Part shown: positions 18,968-29,043 of the stretch, piece by piece
Layout: every line of letters begins with the position of its first letter
Position numbering within the stretch: position 1 is the first letter of the stretch
DNA from: a virus
Lineage: Duplodnaviria; Heunggongvirae; Uroviricota; Caudoviricetes
IMG/VR virus record: IMGVR_UViG_2526164690_000025
Length of the DNA stretch: 64,000 nucleotides
Direction: 5' to 3' (one strand)
Position numbers and translations under genes: made by a program
The notes under the pieces: generated by a model
Seen by the model: the letters and a program-made list of their open reading frames with translations, nothing else
Told to the model about the DNA's origin: nothing
Database searches by the model: none

Positions 18968-19233
18968 CTTCATGGATCGCTGAGGCAAAAGCAAAGGCTG
19001 ACAATCTGCGGTTATCCAAAAAACGCGCTCAAAAACATGAGTTCAAGCAGAAAGTAGAGGCGGCAGCGCGGAAATATGCTTACCTGAAGAACAAGCGTTC
19101 TCCTGATATTGGCGGGGTATCAAACTTCGATAATCTGCCGCATTGCATGACGGTAAACGAAGCTCTTAATGCGGTTTTAGCCAAAAATAAAGATAACGAA
19201 CAATGGGGTATACCGGCGGGATTCAGAGGGTAA
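18964..19233 (+). CDS. hypothetical protein
   Basis: 89-aa ORF, non-ATG start implied. Confidence 0.3.
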   Translation: MTSWIAEAKAKADNLRLSKKRAQKHEFKQKVEAAARKYAYLKNKRSPDIGGVSNFDNLPHCMTVNEALNAVLAKNKDNEQWGIPAGFRG

Positions 19234-19401
19234 TGAATTGTTCTAATTATAACCATGCATACTTTCAACGCCTCTAGTTTGCCATGAGGCAAACTCATAG
19301 GCGTCCTGGTAAGAGGGCACTGTTGCCAAAACTGGACGTCCCATTATTGCAATTAATAAACAACTAACGGACAATTCTACCTAACAATAAGTGGAGTTAA
19401 C

Positions 19402-20106
19402 ATGTTGAACCGAAGAACATTTAATGTATTCTGCGATGAATCCTGTCACCTACTAAATGATCATAATAAAGTCATGGTATTGGGTGCGCTTTGGTGCCCT
19501 GGCACTATCACAAAAAAAATTGCTAGAGACATCAAGGAATTAAAATTAAAACACAATCTAAAACCTGATTTCGAAATCAAGTGGACTAAAGTATCTGCGT
19601 CCAAGGTTGAATTTTACTTAGATGTCGTAGATTACTTCTTCAGCAACCCAGCATTGCGCTTTAGAGGTGTTGTTGTTCCTGATAAAGAGCAACTGGACCA
19701 TGCTCGATTCCATCAAGATCATAATACTTTCTATTATAAGATGTTTTTTTATGTCTTAAAAAACATAATAGAAAGTAACAACACATACAATATCTACCTA
19801 GATATAAAAGATACTTTAGGCATTGAAAAAATTGAGAAATTAAGAGGAGTTCTTCACAATGATCGCTATGATTACAATCATGAGTCGATAAACAGAATTC
19901 AACATATACGATCTCATGAAGTGCAACAATTGCAGCTAACGGATCTTTTCATTGGTGCGTTAGGCTACGTTCATCGAGGAATGAATAGCAACGCGGGAAA
20001 AATCCAAGTCATAAACAGGATAAAATCACATACAAACAGGGATTTACTAAAAAGCACTCTTCCAACAGAAAGTAAATTTAATATTTTCGTGTGGGAGGCT
20101 CGCTGA
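19402..20106 (+). CDS. DUF3800-like protein
   Basis: 234 aa; N-terminal FNVFCDES motif typical of DUF3800; AT-rich codon usage distinct from flanks. Confidence 0.5.
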   Translation: MLNRRTFNVFCDESCHLLNDHNKVMVLGALWCPGTITKKIARDIKELKLKHNLKPDFEIKWTKVSASKVEFYLDVVDYFFSNPALRFRGVVVPDKEQLDHARFHQDHNTFYYKMFFYVLKNIIESNNTYNIYLDIKDTLGIEKIEKLRGVLHNDRYDYNHESINRIQHIRSHEVQQLQLTDLFIGALGYVHRGMNSNAGKIQVINRIKSHTNRDLLKSTLPTESKFNIFVWEAR

Positions 20107-20570
20107 TGCTTCAAATGCCAGATTTATTGTACTTCAATGGAAGTTGGCAAGAGTATATAGACGATGTATATTATGTTGTCAGAGAAGACATTTTAATCTC
20201 TAATATAACGTTTAAGGGTCTCCCTGTTCGGTTACGTTATTCACCGGAATATGATGGGAAAGAGTTCGGATTTTGGCATTTAGTATCAGAGGGAAAAATA
20301 GAAGAAGAACGAATACCTGATCTTGAACGGTGTAAGCGGATCCGCTGGATCGCGCATATGATAAGGAATTATAACCATTCCGATATATCATGTTGGTCTG
20401 AAAGACGAGGACCAACTGAAGAATGGGTAATCTGGAACGAGTGTGAAAACTACGTTGTTGTGCTATCCGCACGTAGAGACTATTGGCTTCTTAAAACAGC
20501 CTATGTTGTAACCTATAACAGTAAAATCAGAACACTCAAACAAAGCAGAAAAAGAGCGCTTGGGACATAA
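20106..20570 (+). CDS. hypothetical protein, translationally coupled partner of DUF3800 gene
   Basis: ATG overlaps upstream stop (TGATG), SD gggagg 8 nt upstream; about 154 aa; same AT-rich island. Confidence 0.5.
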   Translation: MLQMPDLLYFNGSWQEYIDDVYYVVREDILISNITFKGLPVRLRYSPEYDGKEFGFWHLVSEGKIEEERIPDLERCKRIRWIAHMIRNYNHSDISCWSERRGPTEEWVIWNECENYVVVLSARRDYWLLKTAYVVTYNSKIRTLKQSRKRALGT

Positions 20571-20577
20571 AAAAGCT

Positions 20578-20609
20578 GAACCCGACACATATTGCTATGT
20601 ATCGGGTTC
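20578..20609 (+). terminator. imperfect stem-loop after DUF3800 operon
   Basis: gaacccgacacata-ttgc-tatgtatcgggttc. Confidence 0.35.
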
Positions 20610-20736
20610 GATCGCTCTTTCTACACATGGTAGATGAGTAAGGCAAATCTAACCGATCTACTTTAGCTTTTCAATAGCTAGCTATAACTTTCCGCACATA
20701 TTCTTCTGATAATTCCAGTATGGCTGTTGGGTTTTC

Positions 20737-21033
20737 TTATGCTTTTCTGCGCAGAGGTGCACATTTATTCAGCAATAATAAATGTAATTCTTTGTTATTC
20801 CTAAGTATTTCGACACACCAATATCGTAACGTGTTCACTTCAAGTGTAGCCAGCACCTTATGTCGAAGTCCTCCCTCCCCTGCACATAACGATGACCGAC
20901 ATTCTGCTAAGGCACATAACCATGTATTGGCATCATAGAGAATCCAATAATGCTCCTCTGAAATAGTTTTGCATCCAATTATTTCGAATCTTCGTTCTAT
21001 CGTTTCAGGAGAGTATGAAAAATCAATTTCCAT
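20737..21033 (-). CDS. hypothetical small protein (AT-rich island)
   Basis: 98-aa ORF convergent with DUF3800 operon; uncertain. Confidence 0.25.
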   Translation of the reverse strand: MEIDFSYSPETIERRFEIIGCKTISEEHYWILYDANTWLCALAECRSSLCAGEGGLRHKVLATLEVNTLRYWCVEILRNNKELHLLLLNKCAPLRRKA

Positions 21034-21074
21034 AATATGCTCAAAATTTCGCTATACCAGCATAATTTAAGCAC

Positions 21075-21096
21075 AAAAAAAGCTCCCGCAGGAGCT
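21075..21096 (-). terminator. rho-independent terminator for minus-strand structural gene
   Basis: agctcc-cgca-ggagct with A6 on plus strand upstream (U-tract on minus). Confidence 0.5.
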
Positions 21097-21117
21097 TTAA
21101 AATACAAGGGATGACTC

Positions 21118-21627
21118 TTAATCCCACTCAATCCAGTTGTAAACGATACGAAGTGACGGGCGCACAGCGGCAGTCACATCTTCGGTACTAAAGTCGATTG
21201 CATCACTGTAGATTTTGCAGTCCAACATTTCAATTGTTGTAGCAGCTTTTGTCACAGCGTTAACCCCGGAAGATTTGGATTCAGGGGTAGCAGCCATCGT
21301 GATATCAACATAGTCCTTCGCCGCAATGCGATCTTTAATGAACTGAAGAATATCGCCTTCGATAGTCTCCACGCACTGGACCTGGATTTCCCCAGAGTTT
21401 CGAATTGGACCGTGCTGGTTGAACTTCACACCATTCGGACCATAGTCCTCCACATCCTCGCGGGTCATTTCAGGAATTTGCGACGTGCGAACCAGTACGC
21501 TGATATCTTCATGGCCTGCAACAGTGAGCTGGAATTCAGAAGATACCAGTCGTTCGCCTTTGGCCGCGTTGGCAGTATAGCGGCCCTTAATAAATTTACG
21601 GTTTCCGTTAGTGTTATTGTGCCCCAT
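21118..21627 (-). CDS. phage late structural protein (possibly tail tube)
   Basis: 169-aa ORF in the sheath-containing operon. Confidence 0.4.
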   Translation of the reverse strand: MGHNNTNGNRKFIKGRYTANAAKGERLVSSEFQLTVAGHEDISVLVRTSQIPEMTREDVEDYGPNGVKFNQHGPIRNSGEIQVQCVETIEGDILQFIKDRIAAKDYVDITMAATPESKSSGVNAVTKAATTIEMLDCKIYSDAIDFSTEDVTAAVRPSLRIVYNWIEWD

Positions 21628-21638
21628 ATAAAATCCTT

Positions 21639-22103
21639 TTACTGGAACGCCCGAACAATATCGGAGCTGTTATATATCGAAGAACCGGTCAACTGGAGGT
21701 TGACGGTGTTTTTCAGGAAATGCCCATTGCTGTCCCTGGGCGCATCGAGATCGAAACTTATGTCCTGGATAGCGACATCAATGATGTTGATCTGGCGACC
21801 AATGTTTAGCGTCACACGCTCCGGGATTCGACCACCAATACTGGCATCTTTAAGTTCCGGGCTAATCATCGCTGACAATGCGGCGATAGCTCCTGAAACC
21901 TCCGTGAATGGATCAAACAAAGCGATGAAAGTTACTGGCAGCGTGAAAGTTGGCGGTGTTCCCCCCTCCCAAACCATTAAGCTGTTCCAACGGGCCACCG
22001 ACGTTGTTTCAGTACCAACCTGCGCAAAACCACTGAAGGCACCAGCAACAGACCCCATGGACATACCGGTAAACGGCGCTTCCCAATTCTGGGCCATGTT
22101 CAT
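21639..22103 (-). CDS. phage late protein
   Basis: 154-aa ORF, context. Confidence 0.35.
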   Translation of the reverse strand: MNMAQNWEAPFTGMSMGSVAGAFSGFAQVGTETTSVARWNSLMVWEGGTPPTFTLPVTFIALFDPFTEVSGAIAALSAMISPELKDASIGGRIPERVTLNIGRQINIIDVAIQDISFDLDAPRDSNGHFLKNTVNLQLTGSSIYNSSDIVRAFQ

Positions 22104-22254
22104 TGCTGCCCCTGGCTGATATATCCGGTAACCTGGTACTGAGAGTTCGTTAAAGTAACTTTCAGAAATGGCGATACACCGTCAGCCTGGCTGTAAACCC
22201 CATAAGGTATAGGTGCCATTCAAGTTAAAGGCCGGAGTTCTCCGGCCTCCTCCT

Positions 22255-23070
22255 TTAGCCAAGGCGCTTACGGCGCAGTTTCATTGACTTTTTGCGGGCA
22301 AGTTTTGCCGCACCCGTCTGGGCTTTTCGACGAGCTTTTTTCAGCGCCGATTTTTGAGCCGCAGTCAGACGTTTTTTACGCAGGCGTTTACGGATGAGTT
22401 TGATCTCACCGTTACGAACAACCTTCTTAAATGCTTCAGTCAGCATTTCATCAGAAGTGCCAGCAACAACAAACGCCGCTTCCAGTTCGTCGCGGTCGTC
22501 GCTATCTAAACCAGCGATAGAGGCACCAACATCAGAAGCTGCGTCGTCGTCCTCATCGTCAGCCAGTGCTTCGATCAGGTCATCATCTACACCGCATGCT
22601 GCGAGGAAGTCAGCAACATTTGCCCATGCTTCGTTATAGGCATCGTCCTGTTCTTCTGTAACTTCGGAGTCGTCGTCATCAGAGATACCAGCGATAGCCT
22701 GAACGAAACCATCAAGGGAGTCGAAAGTCAGATCACCGCTATCAGCCCAAGCGAAAACGGCGTCGGCCGCATCACTCAACGCATTCTGCATAGCACTTCG
22801 ATTTGCAGCTTCCAGAATCATCTGGTGCGCCTGTTCGACGGTCCATTCTTTACCTTCTTTCCCTTCCAGGATTTGCCCGGGAGCCGGATCAGATGGAACG
22901 TTATCGTTAGTCTGTGCCGCCGGTTCCGGATTATTATTAATAACCGGATCTGTTGGCGGTTCGGCGCTTGCTCGGGCAGACTCCATCAGCTGCACAGGAT
23001 CAGAGTTCAAAGCGAAACGGGACAGTCCATTCCCCAAAAATGCCCCGGATTGAAAAAAGTTTTTGCTCAT
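22255..23070 (-). CDS. phage late protein, acidic with basic C-terminus
   Basis: 271-aa ORF; Asp/Glu-rich centre and KKARRKAQTGAAKLARKK tail. Confidence 0.35.
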   Translation of the reverse strand: MSKNFFQSGAFLGNGLSRFALNSDPVQLMESARASAEPPTDPVINNNPEPAAQTNDNVPSDPAPGQILEGKEGKEWTVEQAHQMILEAANRSAMQNALSDAADAVFAWADSGDLTFDSLDGFVQAIAGISDDDDSEVTEEQDDAYNEAWANVADFLAACGVDDDLIEALADDEDDDAASDVGASIAGLDSDDRDELEAAFVVAGTSDEMLTEAFKKVVRNGEIKLIRKRLRKKRLTAAQKSALKKARRKAQTGAAKLARKKSMKLRRKRLG

Positions 23071-23079
23071 TGTATTCCC

Positions 23080-24669
23080 TTACTTAATAAGCAGCGGTAC
23101 GCCCTGGATACGACGGGCTACGCCAGTCGGGCAGCAGGCCCAGACTACTTCCCATTTATCGAATTCCGCCTGCGTAACTTTCAGCACATACGGTTCTGTA
23201 CCGTCAGCATCAGGATCACGAGGAGCCACCAGAGCGCCGGAGGCGACAAAGCGATCTAAAAGTTTGGTCATCCCTTTAGTCAGGCCAGCCGCAGTAATAC
23301 CGTCCGGGCTATGCTTCATCTGTCGGGCTAACTGGACAAAGAAACGGCTGATTGCATTCATCAGGGATGGGACGTGCTGGAAGTGCAGATAGTTATCCTG
23401 CGTGCAGCAAGTTAAAGCATCGTCGATGATCATCTGGCCAGAGGTGCCAACAGATACTTTATTGAGACGGCCCTTGACCATTGCTTCTTCGTCCGGGGTA
23501 TCTTCCGGATACAGCGGTTGAATTGACGCACGAGCAATGACGGCACGTTCTTCACCAGCCGGTGAGTAATGCCAACCGCCGACATCAGAGTTTTTCTTGA
23601 CGCCACGAGCTTTCGCCGCATACGCCACGCCAGACAGACCAAAGACCACACGGGATTGGGTCCATTTGTCTTTGCAGGAGAACGGGTAGTGATAGACAGC
23701 ACAGCTTACATAATCGGTACCAAGTAAACCGGTATCTTCAACAGCAGAGAGCGCTTCCGTATACGTCAATGTCGGTTTGACATCAAAGAAGCCATCAATC
23801 AGGCGATCAGAACAGATATTACCTAACGCGGTGATCGCCGCATTGTCATAGCAACCCAGGCCGAGAACAGCGGTGTACATGTACGGCGCATTGTTCAGCA
23901 CCTTAACCGCACGCAGGTACGCAGCGGTTGAGATTTTCGACTGATCACCGTTGGTACCACCAGTGAACGCCAGCGATTTTTTATTTGTTACTTTCGCCGT
24001 CGAAATCAGCTCTTCATTAACAACCGCGCGCAGATATTTAGAACGGGCTTCCAGAGCCGTAGGCAGATAACACAAGCGGCCCATGTCATCTTTCGCTTCT
24101 TCCGCCAAAGACACAGTGTGTGTCTCCAGGGTCGTTACCACGCCGAGCGAAGTCGTCTGGGTCAGTTTTAAGAGGAAGCGTTCATTACCCGCGCTGTCCG
24201 CAGCTGCCGTTTCGATGGTTAACTCACGGGTAGGTGAAATACACGGATCACCATCATCAACGTAGATAGCAAAGGCTTCGCCACTATCAAGTTCAATTTC
24301 AGAACCGTATGGCAACGCACTGTAAGCCGGTTCGCCTGATTCATCGAACATAATAATCGGGAACTTCGCATCATCCGGAACAGCACGAACAACATAACCT
24401 GACGTTTGCTGAATAGCTTCGTATACATGGCGAATTGGTTCGAACTGTGAGCCGGAAGACGGCTTCAGCGGTTCGCCGAGAACATCTTTGTAATTGGACT
24501 CAGTAACCGCAAGAACAGTAAACGGCTTGCCACGCGCAAATACGCCAATACCAGCCCACAAGCTGCTATTTAATGCAACACCGGTAGATAACGTCGCATC
24601 GGCATTGATCGGGCTAACCGCGACGCCGGATGCATTACCTAATGACTGTTGAATTGAATATTGAGACAT
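23080..24669 (-). CDS. tail sheath protein (probable)
   Basis: 529-aa ORF, size and composition typical of contractile-tail sheath; adjacent to capsid-like gene. Confidence 0.5.
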   Translation of the reverse strand: MSQYSIQQSLGNASGVAVSPINADATLSTGVALNSSLWAGIGVFARGKPFTVLAVTESNYKDVLGEPLKPSSGSQFEPIRHVYEAIQQTSGYVVRAVPDDAKFPIIMFDESGEPAYSALPYGSEIELDSGEAFAIYVDDGDPCISPTRELTIETAAADSAGNERFLLKLTQTTSLGVVTTLETHTVSLAEEAKDDMGRLCYLPTALEARSKYLRAVVNEELISTAKVTNKKSLAFTGGTNGDQSKISTAAYLRAVKVLNNAPYMYTAVLGLGCYDNAAITALGNICSDRLIDGFFDVKPTLTYTEALSAVEDTGLLGTDYVSCAVYHYPFSCKDKWTQSRVVFGLSGVAYAAKARGVKKNSDVGGWHYSPAGEERAVIARASIQPLYPEDTPDEEAMVKGRLNKVSVGTSGQMIIDDALTCCTQDNYLHFQHVPSLMNAISRFFVQLARQMKHSPDGITAAGLTKGMTKLLDRFVASGALVAPRDPDADGTEPYVLKVTQAEFDKWEVVWACCPTGVARRIQGVPLLIK

Positions 24670-24729
24670 AACTTTCCCTGTTATGCGCCCCGCACGGGGG
24701 CGCTATGTTAAACGGAGAACTTCCCCTGA

Positions 24730-26457
24730 TTACTCAGAGTCACCGGCATCAATCGTGTCGCCGCTTATGAAGTTAAGCCCGCCTTTTTTGGCCATTGTCA
24801 GCGTTACACGAGTGAAGTAATCAGCGCCGTTGCGTGGGTGCATATCGTTGATAGCCGAACCCCACAGTGTGGTACGGTTGACCAGCGCCGGAGTGGTCGG
24901 ATGCTGGAACGGGATAGCCGGGACAGCATCACCAGTCACGAAGCCTGCTTTACCCGGATTTTCATCACGGACGTAGCACAGCACATCCATCGAGCTGAAC
25001 TGAATGTTCTCTGTCGTTAAGTTCTTACAAATACCAGCAGGTACTTCGTACACTTTCACGTTACCGAACAGGGTACCGATGTAGTGAACATACGGAGTCT
25101 GGATATAGTCTTCGGCTGGCTGGAAGAAATCCTTCGGCAACTGTTTGAAGAAAGATGCTGCATCAGCACCAGCAAACATCCCCATCGCACCAGAAGATTT
25201 AACGCGCTCAATAATGTCGCGATATACAGTCTGGAATTTGCCACGAATGATGGTTGCCCATACATTAAAGGACTGGTTAACCGGCAGAGCGATGTCAAAG
25301 GTGTCGGTCGCAAGAGTACGCCAGATCATGATGCGAAGACGCAGCATATCCTGTTCATGAGACAGGTATTCCTTCAGGGTGCGGAACTGTAGGGAACCCA
25401 GGTCCAGACCAAATTCACGCTGTGCTTCATACGCCGCCTGTACCGTGTGCTCAGCCGCGATAACGAACTGGCTTGGGAACAGGGTGTATTTCTTCATTTC
25501 GTGGTTGATCAGCGGGATCAGCTCAGGAGCGGCTTCAATATTGATTTCCGTCTCAATTGCGATCTCAGTGCCTTTATCCGGCGCTTTGGAGAACGACAGG
25601 GCAATCTGACCAATGTTGTAGTTCAGAGAGCAGGTAACAGTGATTTGCTCACCAGCAGCATTAGTAAACGAGTGAAGTAGGCTGCCGGAACCGTTATCAA
25701 CAACAGACTTAATACGGTTAACGTAGATGTTAGTGCGACCTTTTCGGATTGGTACATTCTGGCCTTCGAAGTCTTCCATCTTGAAGGTTGCGGTTTTGCT
25801 GGTGCCATCGGAGCTTGCCACCAGCACATAGCGGCGACGTAACTGGCTGTACACACCGACGGATTGCATGTCCAGAACATCACCAGCAGCATAAGAACCA
25901 AAAGAGGAACCTGCCACGTTAAAGACTTCGTAGATGTCGGACTGGTCACGCGTAACCGGAATGAAGGTACACGCATCAGCGGTAGCTGCCCCCAACTGAA
26001 CAGGCAGGATCATCGCCAGGAATAAAGGCAGACGCATAACACCGTCAGAAACGCTCATCATCTCTGCTGCGACGGATTCCAGCATCGCTTTATTAGTGGC
26101 ATCCATGCTATTGCGGGTGGACTCAATCAGGCAGTTTTCCAGCGTCTGGTGGCAGGAGGCCAGAATTTCCGGACGCGGCATAGATTTATGTGCTGCGGCG
26201 TAGTCAGCCAGTGCACTTGCCCACGCTGTAGCGATTTGAGCGGTGGCATTATCAGAGATACCCGCAAAAACCGGGTCTTTACGTGCAGCTTCAAGGATAG
26301 ATGCGGCACGCGCGGCATCATCTTTAATGAATTGGTTATCAGTACCGAACTGCGCAGTGCTTGCCCAGCCAAGCACAGCTTTAGAGCGTTTTGCGATATC
26401 TGCAATACGATTCTGGTATTCGCGTAAGTTACTCAATTTACTCTTCCTTAAACACAA
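24730..26457 (-). CDS. major capsid protein (probable)
   Basis: 575-aa ORF; position immediately before parS/parB as gene 23 in P1. Confidence 0.45.
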   Translation of the reverse strand: MCLRKSKLSNLREYQNRIADIAKRSKAVLGWASTAQFGTDNQFIKDDAARAASILEAARKDPVFAGISDNATAQIATAWASALADYAAAHKSMPRPEILASCHQTLENCLIESTRNSMDATNKAMLESVAAEMMSVSDGVMRLPLFLAMILPVQLGAATADACTFIPVTRDQSDIYEVFNVAGSSFGSYAAGDVLDMQSVGVYSQLRRRYVLVASSDGTSKTATFKMEDFEGQNVPIRKGRTNIYVNRIKSVVDNGSGSLLHSFTNAAGEQITVTCSLNYNIGQIALSFSKAPDKGTEIAIETEINIEAAPELIPLINHEMKKYTLFPSQFVIAAEHTVQAAYEAQREFGLDLGSLQFRTLKEYLSHEQDMLRLRIMIWRTLATDTFDIALPVNQSFNVWATIIRGKFQTVYRDIIERVKSSGAMGMFAGADAASFFKQLPKDFFQPAEDYIQTPYVHYIGTLFGNVKVYEVPAGICKNLTTENIQFSSMDVLCYVRDENPGKAGFVTGDAVPAIPFQHPTTPALVNRTTLWGSAINDMHPRNGADYFTRVTLTMAKKGGLNFISGDTIDAGDSE

Positions 26458-26568
26458 GGCACTTGTGTGAATCCCTTTTCGGAAGAGATTTTATTGAAAG
26501 TCACTTGTTGACTTTCTCGTGACAAGCAATTTTTTTATTTTTTCGGGAGGAGGGGAGGAAGGTAAAAT

Positions 26569-26656
26569 CCAAGGTGAAATCGTGGCGATTTCACCTTGAA
26601 ATTTTAGAGTAATTTACTTTAAAAACAGTCAGTTAATAGTGAAATTTGAATGGCGA
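26569..26656. other. parS partition site
   Basis: Reverse complement reads ...ttcaaggtgaaatcgccacgatttcaccttgg with heptamer (ATTTCAC) and hexamer (TCGCCA) boxes as in P1 parS; directly downstream of parB. Confidence 0.75.
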
Positions 26657-26660
26657 AAGT

Positions 26661-27662
26661 TTAAGGCTTCGGCTTTTTATCGAGGCTCTTTCTAAGGATA
26701 TGCCCAATCATCCTGTCGAGTTCTTCCTGTAACTCTTTTGAGAGTCGATTAAACTCATAAGAAAATGCACGGCCTTTCACGCGCTTCCTTGCAAAGCGAT
26801 CCTTATCCTCAAATTTCCATAATTCAGTAACTACGGACTTATCTTTAGAACCTTTATCCGTGAGTAGTGAGGCTTCCTTTGTTATCAAGCGCAGGATTTT
26901 ATTTTTAACTTCATCTTCGGCCATTTCTTCAATGGATAAGATGTCGTTTATTTCCGGGGATATGTTTTGAATAAGCTGATCAAACTCTAAATTCTTGTTC
27001 CCCATTTCGTCGCCAACAGCACAAAGCGTTTTGTAGTCCGAAAAGGTTAATTCCGACTGCACAGGGAAAAGGGCGACTAATTCTTCCGGAGCACTCGCTG
27101 CCTGGAGAGCACGCGTGACCTTCGCCTGAGACAGCCCTTCTTTGGCTGCAATATCCTTCTGACTCATCCCATCATTTTTCATTCGCATCAAACGCAGACC
27201 TATTTCTCGAATGCTGTGCTGCAATGCTGTCTGAACGTCTTTCGCTAAATTTTGCGCTTCCTGAACGCTGATCTCCTGGTCCGTGACTAAAACCCGCAAC
27301 CCTACGTTCTCTAAGATGGCAGAAGCTCGACGCCGGGAACCATCCAAAATTTCAATTTTCCCTGTAGCCCGTCTAACACCTATTGCAGGGTAAAATTGCT
27401 GATGCTTAATAGTGCTTCGGATACTTTTTAATGATTTTGGCGTAAGAGATGCCTGGTCACGCCCGTTGTTATGCTGATCAACAAAGGTATCGCTTTCTAC
27501 CTGGTTCGGAGGTATTACCTCTTCAATAAATGTGGCCTGGCGACCAGTTGATAACTTGAATACCTGCTCGACTCGATCGCCAGAGGCTGAAGAACTATCA
27601 AATCCGCTTAATATTGAAGGATTAAGGGTTCGCCCAATTGTTGGTCTGTTTTTCTTTGACAT
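26661..27662 (-). CDS. parB: partition protein ParB
   Basis: 333 aa; ParB-like, adjacent parS and parA. Confidence 0.85.
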   Translation of the reverse strand: MSKKNRPTIGRTLNPSILSGFDSSSASGDRVEQVFKLSTGRQATFIEEVIPPNQVESDTFVDQHNNGRDQASLTPKSLKSIRSTIKHQQFYPAIGVRRATGKIEILDGSRRRASAILENVGLRVLVTDQEISVQEAQNLAKDVQTALQHSIREIGLRLMRMKNDGMSQKDIAAKEGLSQAKVTRALQAASAPEELVALFPVQSELTFSDYKTLCAVGDEMGNKNLEFDQLIQNISPEINDILSIEEMAEDEVKNKILRLITKEASLLTDKGSKDKSVVTELWKFEDKDRFARKRVKGRAFSYEFNRLSKELQEELDRMIGHILRKSLDKKPKP

Positions 27663-27678
27663 GGGGGTTTCTTACTCC

Positions 27679-28875
27679 TCAGTTAGATCTGATAAATTCA
27701 ATACGGTCAAAAACTGCTTTAGCAAAATCTTCCGCGGCAATTCGCGCGTTCTTCAATGCATCAGCACTACCAACATACGTTGCCGGGTTAGCTGAAATAA
27801 CAGTGTCAAAAGACTCGCCGCAACGTTCAAAACCGTCAAGGCGAGGGAGGACGACATCGAGCATATCCCCACCGAACACTTCTTTAGCCAGGCTATGGCA
27901 ATACTTATGATCTGCCTTGTTACTCAACTTGGACATAAAACCAATGTTAGTCGCAAGCTGGCACTCGCAGCCTTCATCCGAAATGAGTTTCACCAACTCA
28001 GGAAGGCGGGCAACGTATTTAAGCGATGAGTGGAAATCGACAGTTGCTGGCGGCAGAGGTGTAAACAGTATATTGGCCGAGGCCAAAGCATTTTTCAGGA
28101 AGGCGTCAAGGTGAGGACCACTATCAACGAGGATAAAATCATAATCGCTCTTCAGCTTATCAATCACATTTTCTTTCAGGACAGCATGGATGTTCTGACC
28201 CGGTAGATGCTCATTGCACAGCTCTCTCCAATCGGATGCAATAAAGGCATCGTCAATCGACGCAGGCATAACGTCAACCCCAGGTACAACAGAAGGAACA
28301 ATAAACTCCTCTAACAGCTCTTCACGGCTTACATTCTGCAACATAGCCTGTGCAGATGTTGCGTTTACGATACCAATAGAGTGTTTATGGCTTAAAAACA
28401 TAGTTGCTGAAGATTGCGGATCAAGGTCAATAACCAGAATCCTTAAATCTTCCATCAGAAGATGAGGGTGGGCACGCATTGCATGCGCCAGAGAAACCGT
28501 CGATACAGTTTTTGACACACCGCCTTTAAGATTGGAGATGAAAATCACATACGCTTCGCTGTAGCGATCCCGGTATTTTGGCACTCCGCGATGTTCATAT
28601 ATGTCAATGATGTTCTGAATTGACATCGCATATTTCATTGAAGAGCCAGCAGGGCGTTTATCGAAAACATAACCCTTTTCTTCCATTTCACTTACGGCAT
28701 AGTCAACGTTCGCTCGAGTCAGTAGAGGCAATTTTGCCAGTGCCGCTTTCGCATAGACCTGGTAAAACTCGTTCGCGTGTAGCTCATCCTTTTGCAACTG
28801 TACTTGTTCAGTCAGAACATTGAGCATTCTGTTTGCTCTTTGAGCAACCTTGTGAAGCTGGCTGGAATCACTCAT
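27679..28875 (-). CDS. parA: partition ATPase ParA
   Basis: 398 aa; Walker A KGGVSKT; long N-terminal DNA-binding extension as in P1 ParA. Confidence 0.9.
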   Translation of the reverse strand: MSDSSQLHKVAQRANRMLNVLTEQVQLQKDELHANEFYQVYAKAALAKLPLLTRANVDYAVSEMEEKGYVFDKRPAGSSMKYAMSIQNIIDIYEHRGVPKYRDRYSEAYVIFISNLKGGVSKTVSTVSLAHAMRAHPHLLMEDLRILVIDLDPQSSATMFLSHKHSIGIVNATSAQAMLQNVSREELLEEFIVPSVVPGVDVMPASIDDAFIASDWRELCNEHLPGQNIHAVLKENVIDKLKSDYDFILVDSGPHLDAFLKNALASANILFTPLPPATVDFHSSLKYVARLPELVKLISDEGCECQLATNIGFMSKLSNKADHKYCHSLAKEVFGGDMLDVVLPRLDGFERCGESFDTVISANPATYVGSADALKNARIAAEDFAKAVFDRIEFIRSN

Positions 28876-28939
28876 CGAAAGCCATCCTTTATGCTGTATT
28901 TTTGAATTTAATTAAAAATGCTGCATAAAATAATAATGT

Positions 28940-28973
28940 ATGCACAGATGCTTGTACATAGCATTCTCTGCAT
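28940..28973. promoter_or_regulatory. par promoter/operator inverted repeat
   Basis: atgcacagatgcttgtacatagcattctctgcat imperfect palindrome upstream of parA. Confidence 0.4.
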
Positions 28974-29014
28974 GTTTGGTTCATTTTGCACGATTGAGAG
29001 TTACAAGGAGGGCA

Positions 29015-29036
29015 CAAAAAAGCCCCGTTCAGGGGC
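29015..29036 (-). terminator. rho-independent terminator after the T5orf172-like gene
   Basis: gcccc-gttca-ggggc with A7 upstream on plus strand. Confidence 0.5.
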
Positions 29037-29043
29037 ATCAGTG

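Noticed and set aside
22200-22254. Hairpin ggccggag-ttct-ccggcc as a terminator
   Set aside because: No clear U-tract on either strand; could be a structural element but not confidently a terminator.
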